A DNA stretch of 64,000 nucleotides from Raja brachyura. Lineage: Eukaryota. The notes beneath the pieces are model-generated. The model did not search any database, was not told the DNA's origin, and worked only from the letters and a program-made list of their open reading frames with translations. The stretch spans positions 11,904,001 to 11,968,000 of the forward strand of contig OY740808.1 of assembly GCA_963514005.1 (NCBI GenBank). The letters are read 5' to 3'. Position numbers and translations under genes: made by a program. Below, piece by piece: positions 24,520 through 38,480 of the stretch. Each line of letters begins with the position of its first letter. The stretch's first letter is position 1.

Positions 24520-27081
24520 GTAAGTTAAATATTCACGGTGTGAAACACGAATCGTTGAACTTAGGTTTTGATTTCCAACGTAAATCGTCGGTAGAAAGAT
24601 CCTATTAAACCTAAGTAGACAGAACGGGTCAGCCAGCATCTCCGGTAGTTGTATGGATTGGCAATGTTTCGTGCCGGAACCTTTACAAGACATTTCCCGA
24701 ACGGCAATATTGTCTATCTATGTCCTCCAGAGATGCTGTCTGATCCGCTGGATTACTTCAGCTCTTTATGTTGCACTCAAGATGCCAACATTCGTGGTTC
24801 CTTGTTTCTCCTACGTGAACTTGATCCTTTACCTCCTTCACTACAACACTCCGAGAAATCTGCGCTCATCTAACCGTGGCTTCTTGATGATCGTGGAATT
24901 TAACGCCTTCACATACTGCCAGCTGTGCTTCAAATGCGAAGTTGTTAAATTCTGAAATGATCTCCTGAAGCTCTATTTCCCCCTTTCTTCCCTGATGTTC
25001 ATGAAACCTGCTCCTTTAACAGGAATACTGATTCTCTGATTTGATGTATCCTCAAGTGGCGGGTTGGATTCGAGACAGCTGGTAGTGCACATTTTAATTC
25101 AATATAAGCGTAATGCAAACGAAAACTGTTGCCGTTACTTGAAGAAATGCTCGGGAAACTATGAGATTGCATTGGCTTACGGTATATTGTGAACACGGAG
25201 GATACCAACTCTGAGAGTGGGCCCAATAGGATCATTGGAAGCATCCAAAGGAAAGTTAATAAACATTTGGCAAGGGATTTTGGTGAATTAAATGGGATAT
25301 TTTTGAAATTGCAAATACCATTATGTCAAATGGGCTACTTTCTTTGAATTCTGGTCTTTGCTGATCGTTTTAATGATACCATGAGGGTGAAGTGGCGTTT
25401 CGACGGGTTTACATGTTCCCCCAACAACAGCGCTAAAACTAATTGTCAGGGAAAAGGTAAAAAACAAATATTTGAACGCTTCGCGCGGAACCATTTAAAT
25501 TCCCTTTACGCGAAAGTGTGATTCAGCTCCGAAATTAGTTTTGAAATTGCAAATACTCATTAGGGAAAATTGCGCGAAGTTGATTTCTGATCGTTTTAAT
25601 GATACCACGAGGGTGAAGTGGCGTTTCGACATGTTTACATGCGCTCCCTATAACAGCGCTAAGTCGAATTGTCAGGGAAAAGGTACAAAACAAATATTTA
25701 AACGCTTCCATTTAAACGGAACCATTTCAATTCCCTTTACGCGAAAGTGTGGAGGATTGTTGCAAGTCTGGTTCAGCTCCGAAATAAGAACCAAGAGCAG
25801 AACCGTATTCGGGTTCATTTCTGGTTCAGCTAGTCATTGCCACCTTAGTTGATTACATTTGTGTGGATATGTCATCAAATTATTTTTACCCACCTTGTGG
25901 AACCTGCAAAGGATTTTAGTGCTGGTCTCCGATTGCCATCGAGTGTATGATATAGCAGAAAACGCAGATTGTTTATTATGCTGTTAAACGTGATGCCTGT
26001 GATTGTTGATTTTTTTTACGGGCCGACATGTTGGTTGACCGACATTTTGGTTGAACGACATATCAAAAAGCTTAAAAGATCGAGACATCATTTTTCCATT
26101 TTCGAATAAATTAGTGCAGAATAAGTGCACACAAGTATACGAGGTTATTGCTGAATTGCTCAGAATCCAAAGATTGGAAGGAAATATTACAGCGTCTTTA
26201 AATTCAGCATTAGCTTGAAATGTTCTTTAAAGTTCGAAAATGTTGGTAGCTCAACCCAGAGCTGTTTGGATATGTGTCAGAAGGAATTTGAATCTGATCA
26301 AAACATTTCTTTCGTTTTACCTTTCATCTTTCTGACCGCCACCATCCTTGAATCATGGACGATTCTGGGAGATTCATTTATACCATTCTAAAGACTATTC
26401 CGGGAAAGAATTGGGATTACTATTTAAACAAGCATTGATTTGGAAATGCTGCTCATTCTGCCAGGATGAATTGTAATTCCATTTTTTCTGCCATGATCTG
26501 AAGAAAATAGTAGGCTACATGTTTTACCAAACTTCGGATATTCGCACAGTTAAAATTAACTTATCATGATTATGCTGTATAAAATAAGGTTTATAATTTA
26601 ACCGTAATTGTAAAGCGTAATTCCATGCCGACCGAGGTGCCCTCCTTGAGCTGGTCCCATTTGCGCGTGCCAGGCCCATATCTCTTTGAATCTAGTATTA
26701 ATTCTTTTTTTTTAATGGTGTTATTGTACCTGCCTCATCAATTTCGCCGGGGAACTCCTTCCATGGAGTCAACGCATAATGTGTACAAATGTTGCCCTGA
26801 TTCTAATTATTCGTTCTCCTACTATGGGAAAAAAACCTATGTATTCCGTGCGCTTACCCGATGTATTCCCCTCGCGGTTTTGTACACCGCCATGCGATCA
26901 CCCTAAGATCTACTACACTGCAATGGCTAACGTCCTAGCATATCCAATCTATTCCTATTGTTCAGGCGTTTGAAACTTGACACAGGAGTCGTAATTCTTG
27001 CCTGCAGTCATTCCAGCTGAATCGATTCAAACGACAACTGATAAATAATGAATTTGTTTTTACTTCAATTCTTATTTCCAG

Positions 27082-27404
27082 GTCCGCGCCCCCCCACCGT
27101 GTCCATTCTGGCGCCATCAATGGGTGAAGTCACCGCAAAAAGTACCGCCACCCTGGTGTGTTTGGTGAGCGGGTTCAATCCGGGCGCTGTGGACATTGAA
27201 TGGACCGTGGACGGCAGTGCGAGAAGTGATGGCGCTGCGACCAGCCGGGTCCAGCAGGAGAAGGACAACTCGTTCAGTGTGAGCAGTTACCTGACTCTGC
27301 CAGCCTCCGACTGGAACTCACACGACCTTTACTCCTGTGTGGTTAAACACGAAACCCAGACAACCCCGATTAAGGCCAATATCGCCAGATCCAGTTGCCT
27401 GTAA
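27082..27404 (+). CDS. IGLC: Ig light-chain constant exon, cluster 2
   Basis: TTCCAG acceptor. PRPPTVSILAPSMGEVTAKSTATLVCLV...ARSSCL*, 323 nt as in cluster 1. Confidence 0.95.
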
Positions 27405-27583
27405 TTCAAAGGATCAAATTCCCGATTTGCTACATTTCTTTGTAAATTAATCCAATATTCAGATATCGAATGTTCGCTTTAACAGGGTGTTTGTTCAAAC
27501 GCAGCGCATGTGCATTTTGTTGCATTGAATGCGCTGTCTGTATTTCACGGTGAACTGAAAAACAATAATGTAACATTTCATGC

Positions 27584-27589
27584 AATAAA
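27584..27589 (+). terminator. Polyadenylation signal, cluster 2
   Basis: AATAAA at the position homologous to cluster 1. Confidence 0.65.
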
Positions 27590-28937
27590 CCCGATTATTC
27601 TATTTACGATGCATCGTTATAATTTTCTGTGCGAATGTCCTTGTCTTCAATAGAATAGAACAAAAATGCCCGGAGTATAAACTGGCATTTTGTGAAATTT
27701 CGTTATATTTCAAATAAACTGCGTTTTCATGATTGATGATGATCCGTGTGTTAGGACAGCTGAAGGGGCTGCTTGCAAGTACCCCCAGATTGAAGAAATT
27801 AGGTGCAAATCCGTGTCTCCTATTTTGGATATCCCAGAAATACGGAAGTGCAGTCTTGACATTACGCTAATATGCTTAAAGTACCCAAATGTATTGAATC
27901 GATCCACACAAAATATCACAAGATATCAGTTTATTCCACGAAAAACGCGATGAAAAGTGTGGTTTGACGAATTCGTTAACCGAGGCATTAACGTGGTCTT
28001 AAATCAGCTCAACATTAATCACCAAAAGTGGTCATATATTTAAACAGTATAACGAGAGGAATAAATAAGGCTCGTAGGGGTGAGCGCTAGACTCATCTCG
28101 AAGGGGGGCTTCGCACCAACAAATAAATTAATAATTAATTTACAAAATGTGATTTTTTTTAAAGAAAAAAAATCTCGTATTTTATAGCTTTACAGCCCCT
28201 TGTAAAATTGAAATCATTAGGTGGGGAAGCCTCAAAGTTAGTGACAGAAGAAGAAGCTCCATCCTCAGCATTGTTCCAGGGCCAGGGCTTGATTGCTGGA
28301 TTGCATGAAGCCGACAACTCCGGTGGCCTTGTGGCTACCATCCGCAGGTACATTTGTGCATTCTTCCCGTAGCCGCGTGGGATTTCTCTGGGTGCTCCGG
28401 TTTCCTCTCTCGTTCCAAAGACGTACAGGTATTTTTAGATTAATTGCGTTCTGTTAATTGTCCCCATTGGATAGATATGCTGTATGGGCTGATTGCTGGT
28501 CGGTGTTGACTCGATTAGCCGAAGGGCCTGTTTCCACGCTGTAGTGAAGTAAACTAAACACTTCTGTCCACGAATTTACTGGATTGGAATGCTCGTCCCG
28601 TTTCTTCACTACCTAGATCAGTTGCAAAAATAAGACAAAGTGTCTTATTTGCCCCGATTCCACGCTGTTTACTCTAAACTAAGCTAATGCCTTTGAAACA
28701 GGATGTCGCTCTACAGTTCAACTTCATCATACCCTTCTCCCAACCCATTCATTGTCAGAGCTTGTACTAGACTTTGTTGAACATAACAAAGTCTCTGACA
28801 GATCAGAGCAGTAATTCCACAAACATTTGCATGAAAATAGAAAACCTTTTTATTTAATTCCCATCTGAACCGTAATTCCACGATTAAACATGGATATCGC
28901 CTAAACGACGCAGGTCGGTGGACTCATCGATCGTGTC

Positions 28938-29120
28938 CCTATATTTAAGAGGGAGTTAGATGTGGCCCTTGTGGCTAAGGAGATCAGAGGGTATGGAGAG
29001 AAGGCAGGTACGGGATACTGAGTTGGATGATCAGCCATGATCATATTGAATGGCGGTGCAGGCTCGAAGGGCCGAATGGCCTACTCCTGCACTTAATTTC
29101 TATGTTTCTATGTTTCTATG
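28938..29120 (+). mobile_element. Young 5'-truncated CR1 3' end, present in unit B only
   Basis: [26 protein letters not shown], then a 3' UTR and a (TTTCTATG)n tail. The empty site is at about 14095-14100 in unit A. Confidence 0.85.
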
Positions 29121-30099
29121 TTCCACTCGAGTTCCCCGGGCCTCATCTTTCACCCCACCAGCCTCTGCATCCAACACATAATTCTCTGACATTTTCCTCT
29201 GATCCCACCACTAAGCACATCTTCCAATCTCCAACCCTTTCCGCCTTCTGCAGAGACCATTCCTCCGCAACTCCTTGGTTCACTCATCTCTTTTCACTGA
29301 AGCCACCCCCACTCCTGCCAACTTACCCTGCAGCCGCGGTAGATTTAACATCTGTCCTTATTCCTCCACCCTCAGCTCCACCCAGGGACATCGGCAATGA
29401 GAATCACATGCACCTCTCTAACCTTAACTCCTCGATCTGCTGTTCCGGATGGGGACCACTGAACATCGGCTAGACCAAGCGTAGACCCGGCGACCGTTTA
29501 ACCGCACTTGCGATGGCCTACTAGATCTCCCGGTGGCTGGCCCCTTTAATCCCGTTCGGAGTTAAAGGGGCCAGAACGGGATCAATGTTCGGCCCTCCTT
29601 CTTTCCGGCTGTATTTGGTGAGATTATGTTGGTTCTGGTACAGTGGAATTGCATTGCAGTTTGTGGAAGTAGGTTGGTCAGACCAGGCATAAAAAAGTGG
29701 ACAATTTACATGTTAAAATGTATCCACTTCCAACAGTGTCCGATCAGATCTGCAACCTGATTCCAATAATCCACATTTTAGACGACCTTTAAATTAAATA
29801 CATTTAAAATATATGTATAAAACTGCAATAGTTTCAGAAGGAAATGTCCCTTCCTAATCAAACAAAAGAGCAGGGGTCTAAAATTTGGTCAACAGAGATG
29901 GCTTTTGAGGTCAGCTGCAAGGAAGAATATAAAGTAGTGAGATGAAGATAGGTTGGGGTGAAATTCCAGATATTTTGCATTTTCCAGGTGAAGACTGACG
30001 CCGATAATGAAAATAGTTAAAGCCAGTGGTGCTTTTAGGTCTGTCAAACAACTCGTCAACTGTGAAACATCGCTCATAAATTCATAAATAGTCACCGAA

Positions 30100-30800
30100 T
30101 TGGGCTATTCGGCCCATCAATTCTACCCCGCCATTCTATCACGCTTGATTTATCTCCTTCTCAACCCCATTCTCCTGACTTCTTCTCATAACCCTTAACA
30201 CTGTTACTAATCAACAACCACTCAATCTCCACCATAAAAATATCCATTGACTTGGCTTCCACAGCCTTCTCTGGTAATGAATTCCACATATTCACCATCC
30301 TCTGACTGAAGGAATTCCGCCTCATTTCCTTTCTAAATGGACGTGCTTTTATTCTGAGGTTTTCACCTCTGGTCCTAGACACCCTCGCTCGGGGGAAACA
30401 TTCACTCTATCCAGGCCTTTCACAATTCGATTAATTTCAATGAGGTCTCTCCCCTCTCATCCTCATAAACTAGCACGGGTCCAGTGTCGTCAAACGCTCA
30501 TCACGCGTTAACCCATTTATCCCTAGGATCACTCTCGTAAACCTCCTCTGGACCCTCTCCAACTCCAGCTCATCCTTCCTCAGATTGGAGACCCAAACCA
30601 CAATCCAAATGCGGTCTGACCAGTGCCTTATAAAGGCTTAGCATTACATCCCTGTTTTTGTATTTTGTTTTGTGATCTGGCCCTCTCGAAAGAAATGCTA
30701 GCATTGCATTCGCCTTCCTTACTACCGACTTGTAAATTAACTTTTGGGTAATCCTGGGTAATCCTGCACCATCACTCCTAAGCCCCTTTGCCCTCTCTTT
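30100..30800 (-). mobile_element. CR1 LINE 3' fragment
   Basis: RTRGENLRIKARPFRKEMRRNSFSQRMVNMWNSLPEKAVEA. Confidence 0.8.
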
Positions 30801-31840
30801 ACTAACAACATTTTAACTTTTGCGAGATAACCTGGATCATTTTGTCAATACCCTTTATATCGATTTGGTAACAGCTTGCAATATTTCTGCAGTACAGATG
30901 TGCAACCAACTGGCCTGCGGTGGACGACTTTCTGTCTCTCTTCCTTTCTTGATGAAAATGAATACCAAGGAACGTCCATGGTAGTTTTGAAATTTAAAAA
31001 AAATCAAAGCAACGAATTAAACAACTTTGATGCACAGTCAGTATGTGAAGGCGGTAAATTCCACGACGATCATGAAGCCTGCTCGATGATCTCCTGAAGC
31101 TCTATTTTCACCCTTCTTCCCTGATGTTCATGAAACCTGCTCGTTCAGCCGAAATGCCGATTCTCTGATTTGATGTATCCTCAAGTGGCGGGTTTCATTC
31201 GAGACTGTTGCTATTGATCACTTTGCTTCAATGCTTTTCGTAATGCAAACGAAAACTGTTGCCGTTACTTGAAAAAGTGTTCTGCCAATTATGAGATGTT
31301 ATTAGTTTACGGCATATTGTGGACACTGAGAATACCAACTCTGAGAGTGGGCCAAATAGAATCATTGGAAGCATCCAAAGGGAAGTTAATAAACATTTGG
31401 CAAGGGATGATGGTGAATTTAAATGGGATAGTTTTGAAATTGTAAATACCCATTAGGGCAAATTGCGCGGTTGATTTCTGATCGTTTAATGATACCATCA
31501 GGGTGAAGTGGCGTTTCGGCAGGATTACATGCGCTCCCTACAACAGCGCTAAAACTAATTGTCAAGTAAAAGGTAAAAAACAAATATTTAAACGCTTCGC
31601 ACGGCACCATTCCAATTCCCTTTACGCGAAAGTGTGGAGGATTGTTGCAAGTCTGATTCAGCTCCGAAATTAGAATCAAGAGCAGAACTGTATTCGGGTT
31701 CATTACTCGTTCAGTTAGCCATTGCCACCTTAGCTGATCAGATTTGTGTGGATATGTAGTCAGACTCTTTGTACCCACCTTGTAGAACCTGCAAGGGATT
31801 TTGTTGCTGGTTCTCCGATTGTCATCGAGTGTATGATATA

Positions 31841-32718
31841 GGACGGTTGCACGGCAGTCGGGTCACGACCCATGACCCGTACTGTTGTTACGGTACGCCA
31901 AGTGGAGTACACGCGATGGACTGCAGGTAAGCAATGGCCATTATTTCCAGCGTAGCGGGTCCGTTAAAACCCGCCGAAATTGCCCATTTTTGCGCTGTAA
32001 ATAATTATGGAAATCGGCATAAGCGTGAGATACATTTAGCTTTCTTCTGAATTCCAAAAGTGAGGGGAAATTACGGTAGATAGAAGCGAGAGCTGAAGGG
32101 ACAACAACAGCCAGAGTGCTTGGCGAACATTGGCCGTTTGCTCACCGCATTTCATCAACTAAGGCATTATTTGTGTTTTTTCTTGATTCCTTTGGCATCT
32201 AAAAAGTTTCAGAAGTGATAAATGTGGCTGTAAAATTTGTTAATCGCCTATGGTTCTCAAGTGGGGTTTTACATACAAAAAGAAATCGCCTCTGAAGCAA
32301 AATTTACATCCAGATTTATCACTTCTGAGACTTTTTAGATACCAAAGAAAAAACACAAATAATGCCTCACTGTTGCAGTGAGCAAACCTGATAATTCCCA
32401 ATATTTTCAATTTCGATATCTGCACGGCCAATGTTCGCCAAGCACTTTAGCTGTTGATGTCCCTTCAGCTCTCGCTTCTCTTTAACTTCATTTCGCTTAA
32501 CTTTTGGAATTCTGAAGTTGGGTACATGCCCCTCACGCTTACCCCGACTTCCACAACTTTTTACAGCGCAAAAATTCAACATTTTGGCGGGTTTTAACAG
32601 GTAAGAACACGTTTCGTGCTTTAACAACATATACCGGATGCTGCGATCTCCTCCAGATGGATTGAGCGGCTCCGTGCGTCAAGCCCTATGACCCAGTGAC
32701 CTTACGTGCAACCCCCCC
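31841..32718. mobile_element. Non-autonomous foldback DNA transposon (MITE-like), TATA target duplication
   Basis: Termini GGACGGTTGCACG / CGTGCAACCCCCCC, flanked by TATA at 31837-31840 and 32719-32722. The empty site GATATAGC is present in units A and B. Long internal inverted repeat, about 31960-32240 against 32298-32600. Confidence 0.8.
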
Positions 32719-35700
32719 TATAGCATAAAACGCAGACTGTTCACTATGCTGTTAAACACGATCTCTCTGATTGTTGATTTTTTTTACCGGCAGGCAGTTG
32801 ATAAACCGACATGTCAAAAAGCTTAAAAGAGCGAGACATTTTGCCATTTTCGGATACTTTAGCGCAGAAATGGGCACACAGGTATATGAGGTTATTGCTG
32901 AATGGCCTCGAATCGTACGATTGGAAGGAAATAGTACAGCGTCTTTAAATTCAACATTAGCTTGACATGTTTTTAAAAGTCCGAATATGTTGGATGTTGA
33001 ACCCAGAGCTGTCTGGATACGTGCCAGAAGGAATTTGAATCTGACCAAAACATTTCTTTAGTTTTACCTTTCATTTTTCTGGCCGCCACCATCGTTGAAT
33101 CATGGACTTTCTGGACGATGTGGAAGATTCACTAATAGCATTCTAAATGCTATCCTGGAAAAGAATTGGGATTACTATTTAAGCAAGCATTAATTTGGAA
33201 ATGCTGCTCATTCTGCCAGGATGAGTTGTGATTCCATTTTTTCCTTCCCGTTTCCATGATCTGAAGAAAATCGTAGCGTACATGTTTGACCAAATCTCGG
33301 ATATTCGCACTAAAAATAACTTATCATGATTCTGCTGTGTAAAATGAGGTTTATAAATCGACGGTAATTGTAAAGCCAGTGCAGTACACGGCCATAGAGC
33401 CACGGAGTTATGCAGCGGTGGAACACTCCTTAAGTCCGGGGTACACAAAAGGCTGGAGAAACTCAGCGGGTGCAGCAGCATCTAAGGAGCGAAGGAGATA
33501 GGCGACGTTTCGGGTCGAGACCCTCTTCATGCTTGACATGTACCCAAATGTCTCTGATCGATCCGTAAGAAATATCACAAGATATCAATTTATTCCATGA
33601 AAAAACGCGAGGAAAAATGTGGGTTGTCGAATGAACTAAACCGCGGCATTACCGTGATCTTTAATCAGCTCAACATTAATCACCAGAAGTGGTCATATAT
33701 TTAAACAGTATAACGAGAGGAATAAAGTTCAGGCTCGTAGGGGTGAGCGCTCGACTCATCTTGAAAGGGGGCTTCGCACCAACAATTAACCGCAGTATAA
33801 ATCGTGATTCCCAGAAATGGGATAAACACCTTTGGGGATATGGCAACTGCTTGGATGTTCTTTTCTGGGGGTAAAAGTTTTAACAGGGGGTGTAAATTAT
33901 GAAAAATTATGAACATTATAAATTATGAGAAAAAAAAATTATCCGACTAAAAAATCCCAACTAAAGAGACCATCTAGTACGATGTCAATTTCCAGTCGTA
34001 AAATAAATTTATAATTATAAAATACACAACCTATTTGACAATATGGTTAGTAACAGGTTCACCCCTTCCTCCAGGGTTATCCTTCACTCCATTTCCCCCT
34101 TATTTTGTTGCTGATTCCCTTTTCACCCCTAGCCTTTGCCAATTAAGCCCCTCCCGCAGCTGCTAATCAACCCCCTCTCACATGTATCCACCTATAACCT
34201 GGCAGGCTTTATCAAACCTCATATCTATTTTCCAGCTTTCTCCCCTCTGTCCCAATTTGTGCTGAAGGGTCTCGACCTGAAATGATACCTATCCATTCCC
34301 TAATCAGATGTTGCCTGCCCCGGCGAGTCATATAGAATGCAATGGCGGAGTCTTGTTTTGCTGGATCTCTAACCGTGACGGCATTCATGAGAATGTTTCT
34401 CGGGATCTGTAATCTCAAAGCATCAGTGGGGCCTGATGGTTTCACTCTGAAAATTGGCGTTCATCTGCTCTTTCTGATGTATATATTAGTTCTGGTCATA
34501 CCGGGCTGCTTATTGCTATTCTCTTCTTATCAATGTATATTTCACAAGATTTCTTAAATGATGATGTCTTTTGCGCTGGTAATCAGGTGATTGAACCGTT
34601 TCCCCAACTGATCCTCCTGTTGTACGGTGCTCAGTTACAGATCGAAAAACATAATTTAAATACTGAAATCTAACTTCCAACATTTGTTATGTTAATTTCA
34701 TACTATGTTTGCAAACATGCGAAAATCGCAATGACATGGTCCATTCAGGGAGTGCTAACGGCCAGAAAATTTCAGTCAGAAACACAAATTCAGGGATCAT
34801 TTTCAAGGCCATTGATGTTAATGCTTGAGATTAATAATTGAAGCAACGATTTGGAGCTTTGCATTAAAATACGATGAAAACAGTTACAAATGGTGAGAGA
34901 CAGTTACAGCTGACATACACATAAGCACATATACACACATAAATGGACGGTAGCTGGCAGGGAAATGGGGGCGGGAATGGGTGGTGTGTAGGCGAGCGGT
35001 ACCAGTCACCCCTGGCCCCTAAAATAAGTTATTGAGCCGCTCAGAACGACTTCATTTTGTAGCACCGCTGTTGCAACAGTGAACACCTGCTACAAATGTC
35101 ATTACTTCGCCATAAGAGCTGCCTCTGCCATTGAACCTATCTTCTGTTAACTTGCGCTGAAGTGTTGAACTAATCAGTGAAGACCTCCGCAATACCTGAG
35201 AGACATTGCTGCCTGTCAAAGCTGCTGATGTCATTCAATGTTTTCGAAAGCAACGACGTTCATGCAACCATATAAATTAATTCACATTTCGAAACACATC
35301 AAAAAATGAAAATGGAAAATAAAGCTATATACAAATAGTAAATATAGCTACACACAACAGCAAATCTTACAGATGACAATTGAAAACACTGAAGCAATCA
35401 CTGAAACTTGAGTAAAATATTGCTAATCACGTCAGTTAACCGTTTCCATCATTGACATTTCTCTCAATTCAAATGAATGGCCTTGCTGTTCCGCTCCAGT
35501 GTAATGGACAGCTTCCTCAAACTAATTGTTGTTATTTCAGCAAATTCCTGTTCCATTGTCAAACTCCATCAAGAGTATACATTTGAACGAAGATAGAGAT
35601 CATCGGTGAATCCAAATCAGCAAAGGTGATCTATGTGCGCCGTTTGGACATTCATCGGTAGATGGCATTATTGTCTCTCCTATGTCTGAAGAAAGGTCTC

Positions 35701-37159
35701 GACCCGAAACATCATCCATTCCTTCTCTCCAGAGATACTGTCTGTCCCGCTGAGTTATTCCATCTTTTTTGTGTCTATCTTCGGTTTGAACCAGTATCTG
35801 TAGTTCCTTCCTACACATATGTGGATACTTGTGAGCATTACAATTTATTGCAGAGATGATATACAATTGTATACAATATACATGACAATGATATTGTTGC
35901 AAAATCCATATAAAATCCATAAACGTGAACGCATCCTAATGCATGCAATAGTCTGCATGCCCGTGACCTCATTGCACCGATTTAATAGGCGAGTATTGGT
36001 GCAGATGGTGTTGGATTAGGAAGGCGAATATCTTTTAATCCTTTGAATTTCTATACTAAGGATTAAAAAATTATGTAAGCAATTATGTAAGTCAGATGAT
36101 TTGACACAGGCACATAGAAAATATATATAATCTTAATGGTAAATCAGAGTTTCATATTCTTCAATTTAATATAATGATAAATAGAAGTTATGCAGTGCGT
36201 ACTTTGTCCTACGTGAGTCAAATAAATGGAGGGTAGAGACATTATTGGTACAAACTCATATCCTGACAGGTAGCAGCAGCGTTGTACTTTCATGTTGTGT
36301 TTGACCTGTGATGAAGCAGATTTTGGAGCAAGAGCCTGCAACACTAAAGCACAATACTGTCCTAACCATTAGTATTTGATTTATCAAATAAACATCCTTT
36401 TATTGATATTATGCAGAGTGGGCTGAAAATAACTGGAAACACTTCAGTCTTGTGTAGGAAGGAACTGCAGATGCTCGTTTAAGCCGAAGATAGACGCAAA
36501 AAGCTAGGGTAAGTCAGCGGGTCAGACATCTCTGGAGCATCCCTGGAGAAAAGGAATAAGTGACGTTTCCGGTTGAATCCCTTCTTCGGTGATTTCCAAA
36601 AACGGGCACCCAACTTTTGCCATTCAAGTTTCTGACAATTTGTGGGGTATTGGTGACATTTCATAATTAGTATTAGAGGAGAACTTTTAAAATTGTGTAC
36701 ATATGCCAGTGCATTTGTTATAACGTCATTGCAGATACGCTCCTCTCTTCCATGCACTCCACCTGAATTCACACCCATTTCTTTCACCCACCCCCGGTCC
36801 CCTTCCAACAATATTCATTCATCAGGTTTCACAATTTGCATTTTTTCTACCATTATCTCACTCTTTTCCTCTTTTCATCTCAGGCCTTGTCCAACCATCT
36901 GCCAATTACCACCCCTTCACCTTTCACATCTCAAGCTTTGTCCTGATCCCACTTGTCTTTCAACTTTCTGTCCCACCCCACCACAATCAGTCTCCACGAA
37001 GGACCCCGATCCGAAACGCACGTATTCACCTTCCTCGGAGATGCTGCCTGACTTGAGTTACTCAAGCACTTTGTGTCTAATTTGCAGATAATCATTGTTT
37101 TATAAATCATTGTTAGGCCTATTACATCTTCTCTGCTTTCAGTCATGGTTGATCTATCT

Positions 37160-38480
37160 TTCGTTCTCAACCACCTTCTCCTGCTTCCTCCCCAGAAACC
37201 TTGACACCCTTATTAATTAAGAATGTGTCAATCTCTGCTTTAAAAATGTCCATTGATTTGGCATTCGGAGCCTTCTGTGGCATTGAATTCCACGGTTTCA
37301 CCACCGTCTGACAAAATAAATTTCTCCTCATCTCCTTTCTAAAGGTACGTCATTTTATTCTGAGGCTATGACCTTTGGACCTAGTTTCTCCCACTAGTGG
37401 TAACATCCTCTTCACATCCACTCAGTCCACTCAGTCCAGGCCTTTCACTATTCCATAGGTTTGAATCAGGTACCCCCTCATCCTTCCAAACTCCAGTGAG
37501 TACTAGGCAAACTAATGCAATCAAACACTCTGCATATGTTAACCCAATCATTCCTGTGATCATTCTCGTAAACTTCATCTGAACCTTCTCAAATGCCAGC
37601 ACATCCTTCCTCATATATGGAGCCCCAAACTGCTCACAATACTCCAATGCGGTATGACCAGTGCTTCATAAAGTCTCAGCATTGCAAACATTCTAGTCAT
37701 CTCGAAATAAATGCTGGCATTGCATTTGCCTTCCTTAATACTGATACAACGTGCACATTATTTTTGGGGGAATCCTGCACCAGCACTACCAAGTCCCTTT
37801 GCATCTCTGATTTCTGAAATCTCTCCCCATTTAGAAAATACGCTAAACCTTTATTCCTACTACCAAAACTCATTACTTCACACTTCACTACGCTGTATTC
37901 TTAAGTAGTATATGCTTTTCATAAAACATCAGTTAAAGATTTCAAACGTGATTTAAGAATATAATAAAACTTCCCAATGTAACTGATTTGGAAGCTAGTG
38001 AGTTAAATAGGTGAGTAAATTGATTGAAATAACTTTATAACCAAGATTTATCTCATTATTTTTCTCTCAAAGAAATGTTTTCTATATCGCCTTGAATTGC
38101 CAAATCTTACTTATTTATTAATACATCCATGGCTTAATGAGAAAGTCAAGACAAGTTATATGATGGTCTGTAGTTACTGTAGTTTATCAGCCTTCAGTCC
38201 CATCAACAACATTTCCTGCCTAATGTGAATTTCCTTCAGTTCCTCCGTCAGCCTAGATCCTCTGGCCACTAGTACATCAGGGAGATTATTTGTGTCCTCC
38301 TTAGTTGTTTGTGAATGATCCACTACATGAATTAATAAGGGTCAATCTACATTAGTGAAGACGGATCCAAAGAACCTGTTCAACTCGTCTGCCATTTCCA
38401 TGTTCCCCACAATAGATTTGCCCTTTTCAGTCTTCAAGGGTCCAACTTTGGTCTTAACTATTTTTTTTCCTCTTCACATA
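37160..38480 (-). mobile_element. CR1 LINE fragments
   Basis: EYCEQFGAPYMRKDVLAFEKVQMKFTRMI and RDLVVLVQDS...KANAMPAFISR. The 38180-38480 piece is paralogous to 54160-54460. Confidence 0.75.

Larger units (their letters stand above)
14798..29550 (+). repeat. Segmental duplication unit B (contains IgL cluster 2)
   Basis: Colinear with 1-14525, with small indels and differing TE fragments. Paralogous ORFs such as 176..454 and 15091..15357 are visible in the ORF track. Confidence 0.93.
29590..34370 (+). pseudogene. Third, deleted copy of the IgL duplication unit (no promoter/L/VJ, no C)
   Basis: Blocks match about 620-1085, 6950-7400, 9730-11178 (J-C intron) and 12480-13260 in order. The Ig exons are missing. 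Confidence 0.85.
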
